Source: Mobula hypostoma | Lineage: Eukaryota | Reading direction: 5' to 3' | Assembly (NCBI RefSeq): GCF_963921235.1 | Contig: NC_086108.1 | Location: forward strand, 63,862,001 to 63,926,000 | DNA: 64,000 bases | Shown here: one piece after another, positions 12,712 to 25,404 of the stretch | How the letters are laid out: the number at the start of each line of letters is the position of its first letter | Position numbering within the stretch: position 1 is the first letter of the stretch | Made by a program: the position numbers and the translations under genes | Notes under the pieces: model-generated | The model's input: the letters and a program-made list of their open reading frames with translations, nothing else | The model's database searches: none | Told to the model about the DNA's origin: nothing

Positions 12712-14610
12712 AATAAGACATAGGAGCAGAATTGGACCATTCGGCCCATCGAGTCCATTCTGCCATTTCATCATGGCTGATAAATTATCACTCTCAACCC
12801 CATTCTCCTGCCTTCTCCCACATAAATTTTGATGCCATGACTAACCAAGATACTATCAACCTCTGCTTTAAATATACTCAATGACTTAGCTTTCACAGCC
12901 ATCTGTGATAATGAATTCCACAGATTCACCACCCCCCAGTTAAAGAAATTCATTCTCAACTCTGTTCTAAAAGGATGTCCTTCTATTCTGAGGTTGTACC
13001 CTTTGGTCCTACACTCGCCCACTACAGGAAACGCCCTCTCCACATCCACAATATGTAGGCCTTTCAAAATTTGATAGGTTCAATGAGATCCACCCTCATT
13101 ATTCTAAAATCCTGTCAGTACAGGCCCAGAGTCATCAAACACTCCTCATATGTTAATATTTTCATTCCCAGTATCATTCTTGTGAACCTCCTCTGGACCT
13201 TCTCCAATGTCAGCACATCTTTCCTTGGATAAGGGGACCAGAACTGCTCACAATACTCCAAGTACAGTCTGACCAAAGCCTTACAAAGTCTTAGCATCAT
13301 ATCTTTGCTCTTAAATTCTGGTCCCCTCAAAATGAATGCTAACATTGGATTTGTCTTCCTCACCACCAGCTCATCCTCCTTTCGGGAATCCTACAGAAGA
13401 ATTCCCAAGTCCCTTTGTACCTCTGATGTTTGAATTTTCACCTGTTTAGAAAATAGTCTGTCTTTGTCCCTTCTACTAATTTGCATGACCGTACACCTCC
13501 CTACACTATATTCCATCTGCAACTTCTTTGCCCAATCTGTCCAAGTCATTCTGCAAATGCCCTGCTTCCTCATCACTACCTTCCCCCCCCCCCACCCCCC
13601 AACTTATCTTGGTATCATCTGCAAACTTGGTCACAAAGCCATCAATTCTGTCATCAAAGCTGTGGACATATAAGTTGAAAAGAATTGGTCCCAATACCAA
13701 TCCCTGTGGAACAACACTTGTCCACGACAGCCAAACAGAATGGACCCCATTTATTCTGACTCTTTGCTTCCTGCCAATCAGCCAATCTTCTAGCCATGCT
13801 TGTATTTTTGCTGTAATACCATGGGCTCGTATCTCGTTAAGCAGCCTCATATGTGGCACCTTGGGAAAGACCTTCTGAAAATCCAAGGGAACAATATCCA
13901 CTAACTATTCTTTATCTATCCTGCCTGTTATTCCCTCAAAAAATTCCAAGAGGTTTGTCAGGCAAGATGCCCACTTAAGAAAACCAGGCTGACTTTGCTG
14001 TACTTCATCATGCATCTCATCCTTAATAATGGACTCCAATTCCCAACCACCAAAGTCAAGTTAACTGGCCTATAATTTCCTTTCTTCTTCTTCCCTTCCT
14101 TCTTAAAAGGTGAAGTGACATTTGAAATTTTCCAGTCCTCTGGAACCATTCCAGAATCTAGTGACCCTTAAAAGATCATTACTAATGCCTCCACAATCTC
14201 TTCAGCTACCTCTTTCGAAACCCTGGGGTGTTGTCCATCTGGTCCAGGTGACTTAGCTACCTTCTGACCGTTCAGCTTCCTATGCACCTTCTGCTTATTA
14301 ATAGCAACCATGTTCACTTCTGCCCCCTGGCACTCTTGAGTTTCTGACACACTGCTCATGTCTTCCACAGTGAAAACAAATGTAAAATATTATTAGTTCA
14401 TCCGTCATCTCTTTGTCTTCATTACTCTCTCCAACATCATTTTACCAGCAGTTCAATATCCACTCTTGCCTCTCTCTTACTCTTTATATTCAGTATCTGA
14501 AACAAACCTTTGGTATCCTCTTTGATATTTTTGACTAGCTTACCTTCATATTTCTTCTTTTTGCTGCTTATGTTTTTTGTTTTTGTTGCCTTCAGTTGGT
14601 TTTTAATGTT
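12712..14610 (-). mobile_element. Decayed CR1 LINE
   Basis: ORF fragments with LDFQKVF.KVPH, VPQG.VLGP, KFADDTKI, KSPGPDGQHPRV.KEVAEEI. Confidence 0.88.
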
Positions 14611-14807
14611 TCAGGCCAATGGCTTCTCATCAGAAGGCAGTACCTTGCAAGTTCTAATCAAAGATCTTCAACCTGAAACATTGACTCTGCTTCTCTCTCC
14701 ACAGATACTGCCAGACCTACTCAATATGCCTCGCATTTTCTGATTTGATTTCTGGTTTTGCTGATATAATTTATGCTTATCCATTTATTCCATCACTTGC
14801 CTTATTA

Positions 14808-15520
14808 GACCATAATCCATAAGACATAGGAGCAGAATTAGGCCATTCAGTCCATCGAGTTTGCTCAGCCATTCTGTCACGTCTGATTTATTATCCCTCT
14901 CAGCCCCATTCTCTTACCTGCTTTCTGTAACCTTTGATATCCTTATTAATGAAGAACCAATCAGCCTCCACTTTGAATATACACAATGACTTAGCTTCCT
15001 CAGCAGTCTATGACAATGAATTCCGTATATTCACCACTCTCTGCCTTAAGCAATGCAGCTGCACCTCTGTTCTAAAGGGACGTACCTCTATGCTGTGGCT
15101 GTGCCCCATTGTCCGAGACTCCCCCACAATAGGAATCATCCTGTTCATGTCCACTCGATCTGAATCTTTCAATATTCAATAGGTTTCAATGATATCTCCC
15201 CCTTTTTCTTCTAAACCTGCAACTTCAGCTCTAGAATGACCAAACACTTCTCATACATTAATCTTTTCATTCCTGGGCTCATTTTTGAAAACCTCCTCTG
15301 GACCCTCTCCAATGCCAGCATATCTTTTCTTAAATAAGGTGTCCGAAAGCTGGTCACATACTTCAAGTGCAGTCTGATCAATGCATTATAAAGCCTCAGC
15401 ATCACATCCTTGCTTTTATATTCAGGTATTCTTGAAATGAATGCTAACACTGCATTTCCTTACCTCCAACTCAACTTACAAGTTAAACTTTACGGAATCC
15501 CGCATGGGGGCTCCCAAGTT
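14808..15520 (-). mobile_element. CR1 LINE 3' fragment
   Basis: [41 protein letters not shown] tail. Confidence 0.85.
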
Positions 15521-15715
15521 ATCAAAAATATTCCCTTTTTATTTTGCTGTCTTTGTTTGCTCCATAACATATATTCTTTACATTAAAAACTTCCTCGGTA
15601 CTGCAAATCAATAACTTAAATGTAAACAGTTCCTTTCTCCATTGAATATTTCATCCTTTTTCCACTTGCATTTTAATGGAGTATTGTCAGGATTGATCAA
15701 AGACAACTTTCCTAC

Positions 15716-15968
15716 CAGTATGCCAATAAGAAATTGACCCTTCGATGATATCCAGTTGTGAGAATTTGTCAACCATGACATCGTTCCTTTGTACTATTCC
15801 ATAGGATGGTGAGCGAGCAATTATATACATTAGCTTCATATCATCACTATCAACATCTGTAGCAGAAAGATACTCGGAGGTAATCAAAACCCTTTCTCGC
15901 TCATAACATTGTAGTCCAGATTTTAAGTGTGGTTGTAGCTCTGGAGGCTCATCGTTAATCGGTAAAAT
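15716..15968 (-). CDS. FREM1: FREM1-family exon (253 nt): ILPINDEPPELQPHLKSGLQCYERERVLITSEYLSATDVDSDDMKLMYIIARSPSYGIVQRNDVMVDKFSQLDIIEGSISYWHT(G)
   Basis: Strong pyrimidine tract TTTTTTTTTCCCCCAAG|ATT; donor G|GTAGG; matches FREM1 'PVNDEPP...ITSEY..ATDVDSD.LKLM..IAR.P'; phase 0-1. Confidence 0.94.
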
Positions 15969-16174
15969 CTTGGGGGAAAAAAAAAGATCAAGGAGTTCAA
16001 GTTAATTAAACGTAAGGACAGATTTTTTTTTTACTATCCGTACAGCCCCAGCACGCTCACTTCTCCCTCTATTCCACACTTACAGTTACAACAAAAGCAA
16101 ACTTCCTCCAATGCTCATGAAAGGGAAATTTTAACACTAAGGATCTACTCTTGGACCTTCTTCAAATGAACAAA

Positions 16175-17060
16175 GTCAGACAGTCAGAGAGCTTTACAGT
16201 GCGGAAACAGGTCTTTAGCCCAATATAATCTTTATTTCAGAAAGAAGATGACCCAATACATCTACGCTGACTATTCTGTCAGTGAGCTAGTCCCATCTGT
16301 CTGTGTTTGGCCTACAGACATCTATAGCCCTTCTTTTTAATGTACTTATCTCAATGGCTTTTAAATGTTGCTCGTGTGCTCCCATCAGCCTCTATTTTTG
16401 GCAGGCCATTCCAAACAAGCACCACCCTTTGTGTGAAGAAGCTGTCCATAATATTCTTCTTTAAATCTCTTGCTTCTGATCTTAAATCTATGTCATCTTT
16501 TTTTGCACCTTCTCCCTGCGAAAAAGACTGTGAACTTTTACACACAAATTGCTGGAGGAACTCAGCAGATCAGGCAGTATCTATGGAAAAGAATACAGTT
16601 GATGTTTCAGCCCAAACCCTTCGGCAGTCTTGTTCCAGGGTTTCGGCCCAAAACGTCGACTGTACTCTTTTCCATAGATGCTGCCTGGCCTGCTGAGTCC
16701 CTCTAGCATTTTGTGTGTATTGCTCAAATTTCCAGCTTCTGCAGATTTTCTCTTGTTTATGAGCTTTTACCCTGTCTTTGCCCCTCATGATCTATATACT
16801 TCGATTAGGTCACTTCTCAATCTCCGACATCCCAAATAATAAAGTTCTAGTTTACACAACCTCTCCTTGTAACTCAGGTCCCCAAATCCAAACAACATCT
16901 TAGTAAATCTTATCTAGTGTAATAATACATTTTCTATAGCAGTGTGACTGAAACTCCAAGTAGGGCCTCACCAATCTCTTATACAAGTACAACATAACTT
17001 TCTAACTCCCATACTCATGCTCTCACTGATGAGGCAAGCATGCAGAATGCCTTCCTCACC
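16175..17060 (-). mobile_element. Old CR1 3' fragment interrupted by a palindromic Penelope pLTR derivative (about 16539-16762)
   Basis: FFTQRVV.VWN motif; the inserted inverted repeat contains ...AAACGTCGACTGTACTCTTTTCCATAGATGCTGCC. Confidence 0.75.
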
Positions 17061-18986
17061 ATTCCATTTAACTGAGGTGCCACTCTCAGCAAACTATGCC
17101 CTTGTACCTATAGATCAGAATATGAATCTGATTTATTATCTGCAGGGGCTTCAAGAATTACGAGGAACAGCAGAAAAATGGAGTCAAAGAGCAAATCAGC
17201 TAATCAAATGCAGATGATACCAAAGATCAAATCTTGGTAAAGATCAGAATCAGATTTTTTATCACTGTTTCATATAACATGAGATTTGTTGTGTTGTGGC
17301 AGCAGTACAGTGCAAAGATACTAGCCTATAACTTACAAAAATAAATAATAGAGCAAAAACAGGAATAGGGAGGTTGCGTTCATACGTTCAGTGTTCAGAA
17401 ATTTGTTGGCGGAGGAGATGTGGTTGTTCCTAAACCTTTGATTGTGAGTCTTCAAGCTCCTGTACCTCCTCTCAGATGGAAGTAATGGGAAGAGAGCAGT
17501 GAGACTGCATCTGCTGTACACCTATTGCTATGGTAGGCAAACTGCTGCAGTTCCAGGTACTAACTCAGGCAGGAGTTAACTCTAGCCGTAACCAACCTCT
17601 TGGAACAATTCATTAGAGTGGGTCTGCCTGTTACATAACTCTCCCTAGGACTCTATCACTCACTACAACTGCTACACTAGTTTGATCTCCCAAAATGCAA
17701 TATCTTACATTTGTCCAGATTAAAAGCAATTTGCCAATCTCAGCCCACATACCCTCTGTTATTTTTCATAACTTTCTACACTTTCTATAACACTAATGGT
17801 TCTGGTATCATCTGCAAACTTACTAACTATGCCATGTACATTTAAATACTCGCCATTTATATAAATTACAAGGAACAAAGGTCCTATCACCGACTCCTGT
17901 AACACAGCACTAACATGGGATCCAATCCAAAAAACAACTCTTGACTATCACCCACTGCTTCCTCGCACTGAGCCAATTATGAATCCCGTTAGTTATTTCC
18001 CCCGAATAGCATGTGCTCTAACCTTTCAGTCTGGATGGCCACGAAGGACATGGTCAATTTAATTCTGACTTTTTCACAAAAAAGGTTAGTATTCTTTCAT
18101 CATGTAACTACAAATTAATGGTCTGTCATCTGCATTTGGTTCTATAAATGGTTTTGGGCTTTGTATTACCAAAAAACTTTGCTGGGCTGCTAAAAGAGGT
18201 GAGAGATAATATCTATCAAGAAAGACTGAACAGGTTAGGCTTCATGATCCAGAAAAAAAAAGACTGGAGAGTCTTCCACAATATCCAAGGCTTTATTGAT
18301 GTTGAGGAGAAGCACTTAGTGGGATTTTGTGGATGAAACCATTAATGGGGGCTACAAACAAAGGCCAATCATTACTCTCTGCTGGGGGATTATTTTACCT
18401 TGTTTGGTTAGAAGTTGGAACTCACTTCTACAGGAAGAAGCTGATTAGATTAGATTAGACTAGATTTAAACTTATTAATAAGAGTTACATTGAAACATAC
18501 AGACAAATGTGTCATTTGCATTATCAACCAACACAAAGTGAGGATGTGCTAGGGGCAGCCCACAAGTGTTGCCACACATTTTGGCACCAACATATTGTGC
18601 CCACCATGTTCAGCAGAACAAGGCACAGTCAGTAAATAATATAAATGCATCTAAGGTGGAGCAGAAGAGAGAGAAGGAAATGGAATGGAAAGTTGATAAT
18701 TTTGACGAAAGAGTCTGAAAAAAGATTAATATCAAAAATACTGCACTAACTTGTAGGCTAAAGTAGTTTATTTCTGTGTTGTAAATACTTTGTAATTAAA
18801 ACACATGCTGCTGCATCTTTCACTAAAATATTTTGTACACTGTAATGTCTGGTTGGAAAAAAAAATATTAAACTATGTATCTGACAATCGGTTTAAGGGA
18901 ATCAAATGCCAGTTCAGTGTTATGCATCTGATTTCATGGATTTCTGTCATGTCACAATTTATAACAGCACTTTTCTTTGTCCTTAC

Positions 18987-19080
18987 CTTTACTTTCAGCA
19001 CCCCATCTGCAGTGTTAAATCCATCTGTGGCTGTAAATATGACTAAATCATTCAGTGTCTCTGAATCATCATGTTCGTAT
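18987..19080 (-). CDS. FREM1: FREM1-family exon (94 nt): (R)YEHDDSETLNDLVIFTATDGFNTADGVLKVK
   Basis: CACAG|A ... AAG|GTAAG; CSPG motif Y.HD.SE...D...F..TDG; phase 2-0. Confidence 0.93.
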
Positions 19081-19467
19081 CTGTGAATGGAGAAGAAGTC
19101 ATGCCACAAATCAAACCACAATCCAACAGTTCAAATGCTTTGTTCATTAGACTAGGCTGTAACACAACCATAATCAGAAGGAAATAATTAGAAAACAATG
19201 TGTACCACTTTAACAGGCCAAACACTGAAGAAATTCATCTGAAAGTTTGCGCTGAGTGATTATGTTGGATTGATATGGCATTAGATTAGTACAAATAATC
19301 TAGAGGCCTGCAATAATAAACCAGGCTCCAAATTCAACCATAACAATTGTGAAGGTTAAAAAAAACCTGCTGTTGGTAATAATGACTATGATTCATGGTA
19401 TGTATCATTTCATACTTCCCTGTATTAAATATCATCTGCCTTGACTACTCACTCAGTTCACATATCC

Positions 19468-19560
19468 CCACTTAGTGGCCACTTTACCAGGTACACCTGC
19501 TCAATAGTGCCACTGTCTATCTGCCAATCATATGGCTGCAATTCAAATGCATGAAAGCAT
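19468..19560 (+). mobile_element. Probable Tc1-like DNA transposon left end
   Basis: CACTTAGTGGCCACTTTACCAGGTACACCTG resembles a fish Tc1 terminus (CACTCAGTGGCCACTTTATTAGGTACAC) as I recall it; no right end found. Confidence 0.5.
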
Positions 19561-20131
19561 GTCTATCCACGGCCTCCTCTACTGTAAAGATGAAGCCACA
19601 CTCAGGTTGGAGGAACAACACCTTATATTCCGTCTGGGTAGCCTCCAACCTGATGGCATGAACATTGACTTCTCAAACTTCCGCTAATGCCCCACCTCCC
19701 CCTCGTACCCCATCCATTATTTATTTATTTATATACACACATTCTTTCTCTCTCTCTCTTTTTTTCTCCCTCTGTCCCTATCACTATACCCCTTGCCCAT
19801 CCTCTGGGTTTTTCCCCCCTCCCCCTTTTCTTTCTCCCTGGGCTTCCTGTCCCATGATCCTCTCATATCCCTTTTGCCAATCACCTGTCCAGCTCTTGGC
19901 TCCATCCCTCCCCCTCCTGTCTTCTCCTATCATTTTGGATCTCCTCCTCCTCCTCCCACTTTCAAATCTCCTACTAGCTCTTCTTTCAGTTAGTCCTGAC
20001 GAAGGGTCTCGGCCTGAAACATCGATTGTACCTCTTCCTAGAGATGCTGCCTGGCCTGCTGCGTTCACCAGCAACTTTGATGTGTGCTGCTTGAACTTCC
20101 AGCATCTGCAGAATTCCTCGTGTTTGTGTTT
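19557..20131 (+). mobile_element. Penelope-like element 3' end: GIY-YIG C-terminus plus pseudo-LTR with hammerhead motif
   Basis: Reads MSIHGLLYCKDEATLRLEEQHLIFRLGSLQPDGMNIDFSNFR*; pyrimidine-rich pLTR; CTGACGA (19996-20002)...GAAAC (20016-20020). Confidence 0.85.
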
Positions 20132-20825
20132 CCTAATGCCCTGCCCTATTGCTCCGGTAGGTGTCGCTGCTGAGACTGGCCGTGCGCATGTGTCGGGTGT
20201 CGCGTCCTGATTTCCATGATGGCCGATCAGGTCTTGGGTTAAAAGGGAGCCTGTTTATTTTGGTGAATGAGTAATTTTATACGAATATATAACCCTGAAC
20301 TTTGACTGCATTCTGTAAGTTAGCGCATTTTAATTCGACTTAACCAAAAAAAGTGCCGCTGTAATGCACTGTTTGCGCTAGTTGGAGGTCACAAACAAAC
20401 AAACAGACAGACAGAGCATGAGAGTTTTGGTAGTATACAGATGACCAACCGACGTCCATTCTGTTTATTGTTACATTTTTTTTAAACAGTGTTGCAACTT
20501 GAAAGACTGACAATGTAAGTACATTGAAGCTCTAAAATACTTAAAAGTAAAGGTTATTATTTAGAAAAGTTGTGGATTATATTCATTAACACAATTAATT
20601 ATAGGCTATTTCACAAATATATTAACATAGACTTAAAATTATATTGGGATAATTTCAAAATTGTATTAACATTGTATAAAAGCAAATTCCAGCTGCGCAG
20701 CAACAACGGCTATGTGCATGGAAGCATTTCCGTTACTATGTGGCCACGCACCTGCATAGCCTAGGGGGAATAGTGTATCTTCATTATGAAAAACATTTAC
20801 CACTACTCATAAATAGATAGAGGTA

Positions 20826-21667
20826 AAGCCGATGCTGGAAATCCAGAGTAGCACACACAAATTTATTGGTGGAATTCAGCAGGTCAGGCAGCATCAATGG
20901 AAATGAATAAGTAGACAATTTTTCAAACTGAGACCCTTCATCAGGACTGGAAAGGAGGGGGCATGATGCCAGAATAAGGTGGTTGGAGGGAAAGAAAAAT
21001 AGCTAAAAGGTGATAGCTGAAGCCAGGTGGGTGGGGAGGGGGAAAGAAACAAGAAGCCAGGAGGTGAAAAAGCAAAGGGCTGGAGAAGAAGGAATCTGAT
21101 AAGGCAAGAGAATTGACCATGGGAGAAGGGGGAGGAGGAGTGGCATCAGGTTGAGGTGATAGGCGGGCGAGGAGAAGAGGTAAGAGGCCAGAATGGTAAA
21201 TTGAAAAAGAGGGAAGGGGGAGGGAAAAAAATTAGCAGAAATTGGAGATACTCATGCCATCAGATTAGGGACAACCTAGATGAAATATGAGGTGTTTCTC
21301 CTCCAGCCAAAGAGTGACCTCATCGGAGCAGCAGAGGAGGCTATGGATCGACATGTCAGAATGGGAGTGGGAAATGGAATTAAAATGAATGGCCACCAGG
21401 AAATTCTGCTTTTTGAAGTGGAGTGGAGGTGCTTGACAAAGCGGTCCCCTAATCTACAGCTGGTCTCACCAAAATAAAGTAGGCTGCACCGGGAGCCCCA
21501 GATACAGTAGATGAGCCCAAAATATGGGCAGATGAAGTTTTGCTTCACTTGGAAGGACTGTTTGCGGCCATGAATGGAGGCACCGAATACAGGAAATAAC
21601 ACTCAATAGATTCACAGGTGAAGCATTGCCTCACCAGGCAGGACTGTTTGAGACCCTAAATGGAGGA
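20826..21667 (-). mobile_element. Penelope-like element fragment (GIY-YIG endonuclease plus pLTR)
   Basis: LIYCIWGSRCSLLYFGETSCRLGDRFVKHL is a degenerate GIY-YIG; pLTR with minus-strand CTGATGA at 20938-20944; short partial duplication near 21530-21665. Confidence 0.85.
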
Positions 21668-22948
21668 CACTACCACAACTCTTCATTTCCATTCTTTAAG
21701 CCAGTTTCTTATTCATACCACTTCTTTGGCCTTTATTTTGCACACCAGCTTTTTGAGTAAGGCTTCGCATCTTTTGAAATCCCTTTATACATCACTCCTG
21801 TTGCATTAGCATCATTAGCCTTCTCAGTCTATTTAAAGGATTTAATCAGGTTACTCAAACACAGTTTGCCTCTAAGAAACAAGTGCCTCCTCCCCTTTAC
21901 CGATTTCTCCAAGTGCTTATTCTTTGATTATTGTGTCTAAAAGCATTTACACAACAGAGATTAAACTGACTAGCCTAAAGGAACCCAATATGTCCTTGTA
22001 TCCATTTGAACAAACGTTTCCATTCCTCTGCCAGCTCTCTATTATGGAAGGCAATGGAAAGCCCTTCTGCTTTCCTTTCCCTATCAGCTTCCACAGCCCA
22101 GAAAGCAGCACATCTGGACTTGAGATACTGGAAGCTGGAGCAACAAACCAACTGCTGGAGGAACTCAACAGGTCAAGCAGCTTCAGGGGAGGAAAGGAAC
22201 TGTCAATGTTTCAGGTTGAAGCTGTGCTTCAGAAATGAGAGTGGAGAGGAGAGATGGACAGAATACGAAGGAAAACGGAAGACTGAGCTGAAGAATGTGT
22301 TCATATAGCCAGTAAGCAGAGGAAACCACAAAGGGCGAGCAGCAGCAAGAGGAGGCCTCGCATTGGGGAGAGGAGGAAAACTTTTTAAAAGTTGATAAAC
22401 CTGGAACAGACTTTGCAGTGGCATAGTACAATGGAGACACAAGAGACTGCATTATTTTCCTTGTTTAATTTAGCCTTTCTCATACTTGTTCCTATACTTT
22501 ATTAAAGTAATGAATGTGCCAAAATGCTTTACAGGAGAGCATGCAGACAGAATTTGATCCTGAGCCAGGTAAGAAGATATTAGAGCATTTAATCAAAAGC
22601 TAGGTCACAAGGCTGGGTTATAAGTTAGATCTTAAAGTAAGAAGGAGGCCACACAGGATTTAAAAACAAAGGAGAGAGTTTTAAATTTGAAGAGCTGCTT
22701 AATTCATCAGTCAGCACAAGGGAGACAGGCAAATGGATTGTGTTTCACTCTCCAGGGATTCTGTTTGGATTTCTGAGGATTTCCAGATTTTTCCTGTGCA
22801 AATTTCAGGGTTCCAGCATCCACAGTACTTTACATTTGTATTGAAAGATTTTGGCTTGGCCCTAATTTTGAAATGTATTTAACATTCTGGAAGCAGTTAA
22901 AGAACAACATCTAATGTTACAAGGACAACAAATAGGTACGTTGCTCAC

Positions 22949-23157
22949 CTGACTTGAAAGGATTTGAGGTCATCTAATGTAAACATGTCACCGTCTAGCA
23001 TGATGTTTCCATGCAACCTGATCTCTCCATGCTGTGGTTTTTGCTGTAATTGGATTCGGAGATCCTCATCAATTGTATCATTGTCCGTCACCATCAAATT
23101 GTCTCCAGTGATCAAGCAGACTGAACCTTCCTCTGCTTTTATTTCATTGGTGAAAAT
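22949..23157 (-). CDS. FREM1: FREM1-family exon (209 nt): IFTNEIKAEEGSVCLITGDNLMVTDNDTIDEDLRIQLQQKPQHGEIRLHGNIMLDGDMFTLDDLKSFQV(R)
   Basis: TAG|ATT ... AG|GTGAG; CSPG-repeat motifs EG..., D.DT, P.HG, FT..DL; phase 0-2. Confidence 0.93.
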
Positions 23158-23861
23158 CTATCAAATAACCAACAAAGGTGCCTTTGTGTTTTTTTAAAAT
23201 GTAAGAGCCCAGGTCCAAATTCAGAAAACATGAGAGCAGATTATTGAACAAATGCAAAAGAGGGAAGACAGAAAAAGAAACAAGGTATGTGACATATATA
23301 TATTTCACCTTGTCACATAGATACATACATATATAAAACATCTGAAAGATACTTGTATTCTAGTATGGTCACAACTGGATGCTAAACAGATATAATGACA
23401 TATATGTTACATTTCGTATACCATATGTCCAAAGGTAATTTGGAGGATTTGATTAGAGAGGAAATTCAGAACAGGAAAAGTTAGGCTTTTATTCTGAGTG
23501 GGGTCCAATTGAATGAGGATGAGAGTACAATACTGACTTGTTAAAGAATAAGATAAGATGACTAGGATTCTGAGAATTTGATTAAGTAAAAATCTGGTGA
23601 ACTTTGAAGAAAAACTTAAATCAAATTGACTTGTTGTATAGCAAAAGTTGGGAAATTAATTGCTACATTTAAGGAAAACAGTGCATGATGAATTGGATAT
23701 TGTGCTTTAAGATCCTCACAGGGTGTATTCAAAAAGGATATTGCACCAGGATGCAGTTTCCACGATGAAATGAATCTGAATGTAATGTGCAAAGGTCTCA
23801 ATTAAAATAGTGGAAGAACAAAATAGGAAACATGAGAGACATAATTTGGAGCCCTACATAC

Positions 23862-24029
23862 CTCAGGTGATTGGTTGTCCACAGGTATAATGGTTATGTT
23901 GAATACGAGTCCAGTCAATGAACCTCCCTGCTGATCGTTGACAGAAAATACAAACTGTACTAATAGAGGATGAGGTCCAATATCCACTTGAGGTGGCATG
24001 TATGCTACTTTCATGTGGTTTACAGCATG
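23862..24029 (-). CDS. FREM1: FREM1-family exon (168 nt): [56 protein letters not shown]
   Basis: TTGCAG|CAT ... GAG|GTATG; phase 0-0; strong match to FREM1 '[18 protein letters not shown]...FNITILPVDNQ.PE'. Confidence 0.95.
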
Positions 24030-24480
24030 CTGCAATACAAAGTGAACAAGTTGAAACAAACACAGAAAAAGCCTCACAAGAAGGGAAATTATTACCATAC
24101 AAGAATTCTTCATTCACTGCATACCATATTTGTAGGTCAAAGAGGATAACATACGTGAACGGTTTAGATAATTTATCCATTCTTTAGTTCCTTTATATTT
24201 TTGTAAATCACCATAGCAGTGGTCATTTTGCAAATCTGCATGGGTATGGGAACACTAAAGTAAGATAGACCAAACATCTATTCGCTTCGCACAAGGTTTT
24301 AATGCACTACACAAAGGAAATTGATCTAAGTAAACACTGCACAGTTTCCAAAGCATATCTCACAAGTAAAGTTTGAGTGCATCTCAGAAGAGACCATGGA
24401 TGGTCAAGTAAACCCTGACACAGTAGCATCATGGTTAGTGTAATGGTTTCAGTGCCAGCTATAGGATCAGGATTCAATTC

Positions 24481-25155
24481 AGGTAGGGTAGGAGAAGATG
24501 GCGGTGCGACACAGTGCACGCGGCTGCTCCAAAACGATATCTTATTTGTAAGTAGGTACCGCACACAATCCTGATTTGATGGAGACAGACGTGAGAAGCA
24601 CGGAGGAACATCTGGAGCAACTTCTGAAATGCCCACTTTGCTGCCGCTGCTACTGTGCGATCATGAATCTCCGGATGGGAAGGCCGCAGATCCTTGGCTT
24701 TGCCTATTGCCGGGGCCGGGGTCGAAGTGCTCAGCAGAGACGGTGCTCGGTGCTTGGTGTCGGAGGCTCAAAGTTTTTGGATGGACTCAAGAGTCAGCTG
24801 TGGTCGGGTGCTTCCAGAGTGCTGCATTGGCAAGTTTGCAGCGCTGGAAGCTCATGGCAGGGAGAGTTTTTCTTCCTTCTACCGTCTACGTGAGATGATG
24901 GGACTTTAGAGAGACTTTGAGACTTTTTTTTACCGTGCCCACGGTCTGTTCTTTATCAAATTACAGTATTGCTTTGCACTGTTGTAACTATATGTTATAA
25001 TTATGTGGTTTTTGTCAGTTTTTCAGTCTTGGTTTGTCTTGTGTTTCTGTGATATCATTCTGGAGGAACATTTTATCAATTCTTAATGCATGCATTACTA
25101 AATGACAATAAAAGAGGACTGCGTGTCCTCATAATCTAATAATCTAATCTAATCT
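24481..25155 (+). mobile_element. Non-autonomous CpG-rich retroelement with YY1-motif head, AATAAA plus hairpin, and (AATCT)n tail; TSD AATTC
   Basis: AAGATGGCGG at 24495-24504; AATAAA at 25107-25112; hairpin GAGGAC-TGCGT-GTCCTC at 25114-25130; AATTC at 24476-24480 and 25156-25160. Confidence 0.7.
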
Positions 25156-25404
25156 AATTCCTGGCCTCTGTCTGTATGGAGTTTGTACGTTCTCCCCATG
25201 ACCACATGGGTTTTCTCCAGTGGCTTTAGTTTCCTTCCACATTCCAAAGACGTACAACTTAAGGTTAGTAAATTGTGTGCATGCTATGTTGGTGTCAGAA
25301 ACTTGGTGACACTTGCAGGCTGCCCCGGCACGTTTAGACTAGGTTGGTTGTTGATGCAAAATCATGTTTGCGTTTTTAAACACACTTCACTGTATGTTTC
25401 GATG

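Noticed and set aside
19665..20210. 181-aa proline/leucine-rich ORF
   Set aside because: Read-through of a pyrimidine-rich Penelope pLTR.
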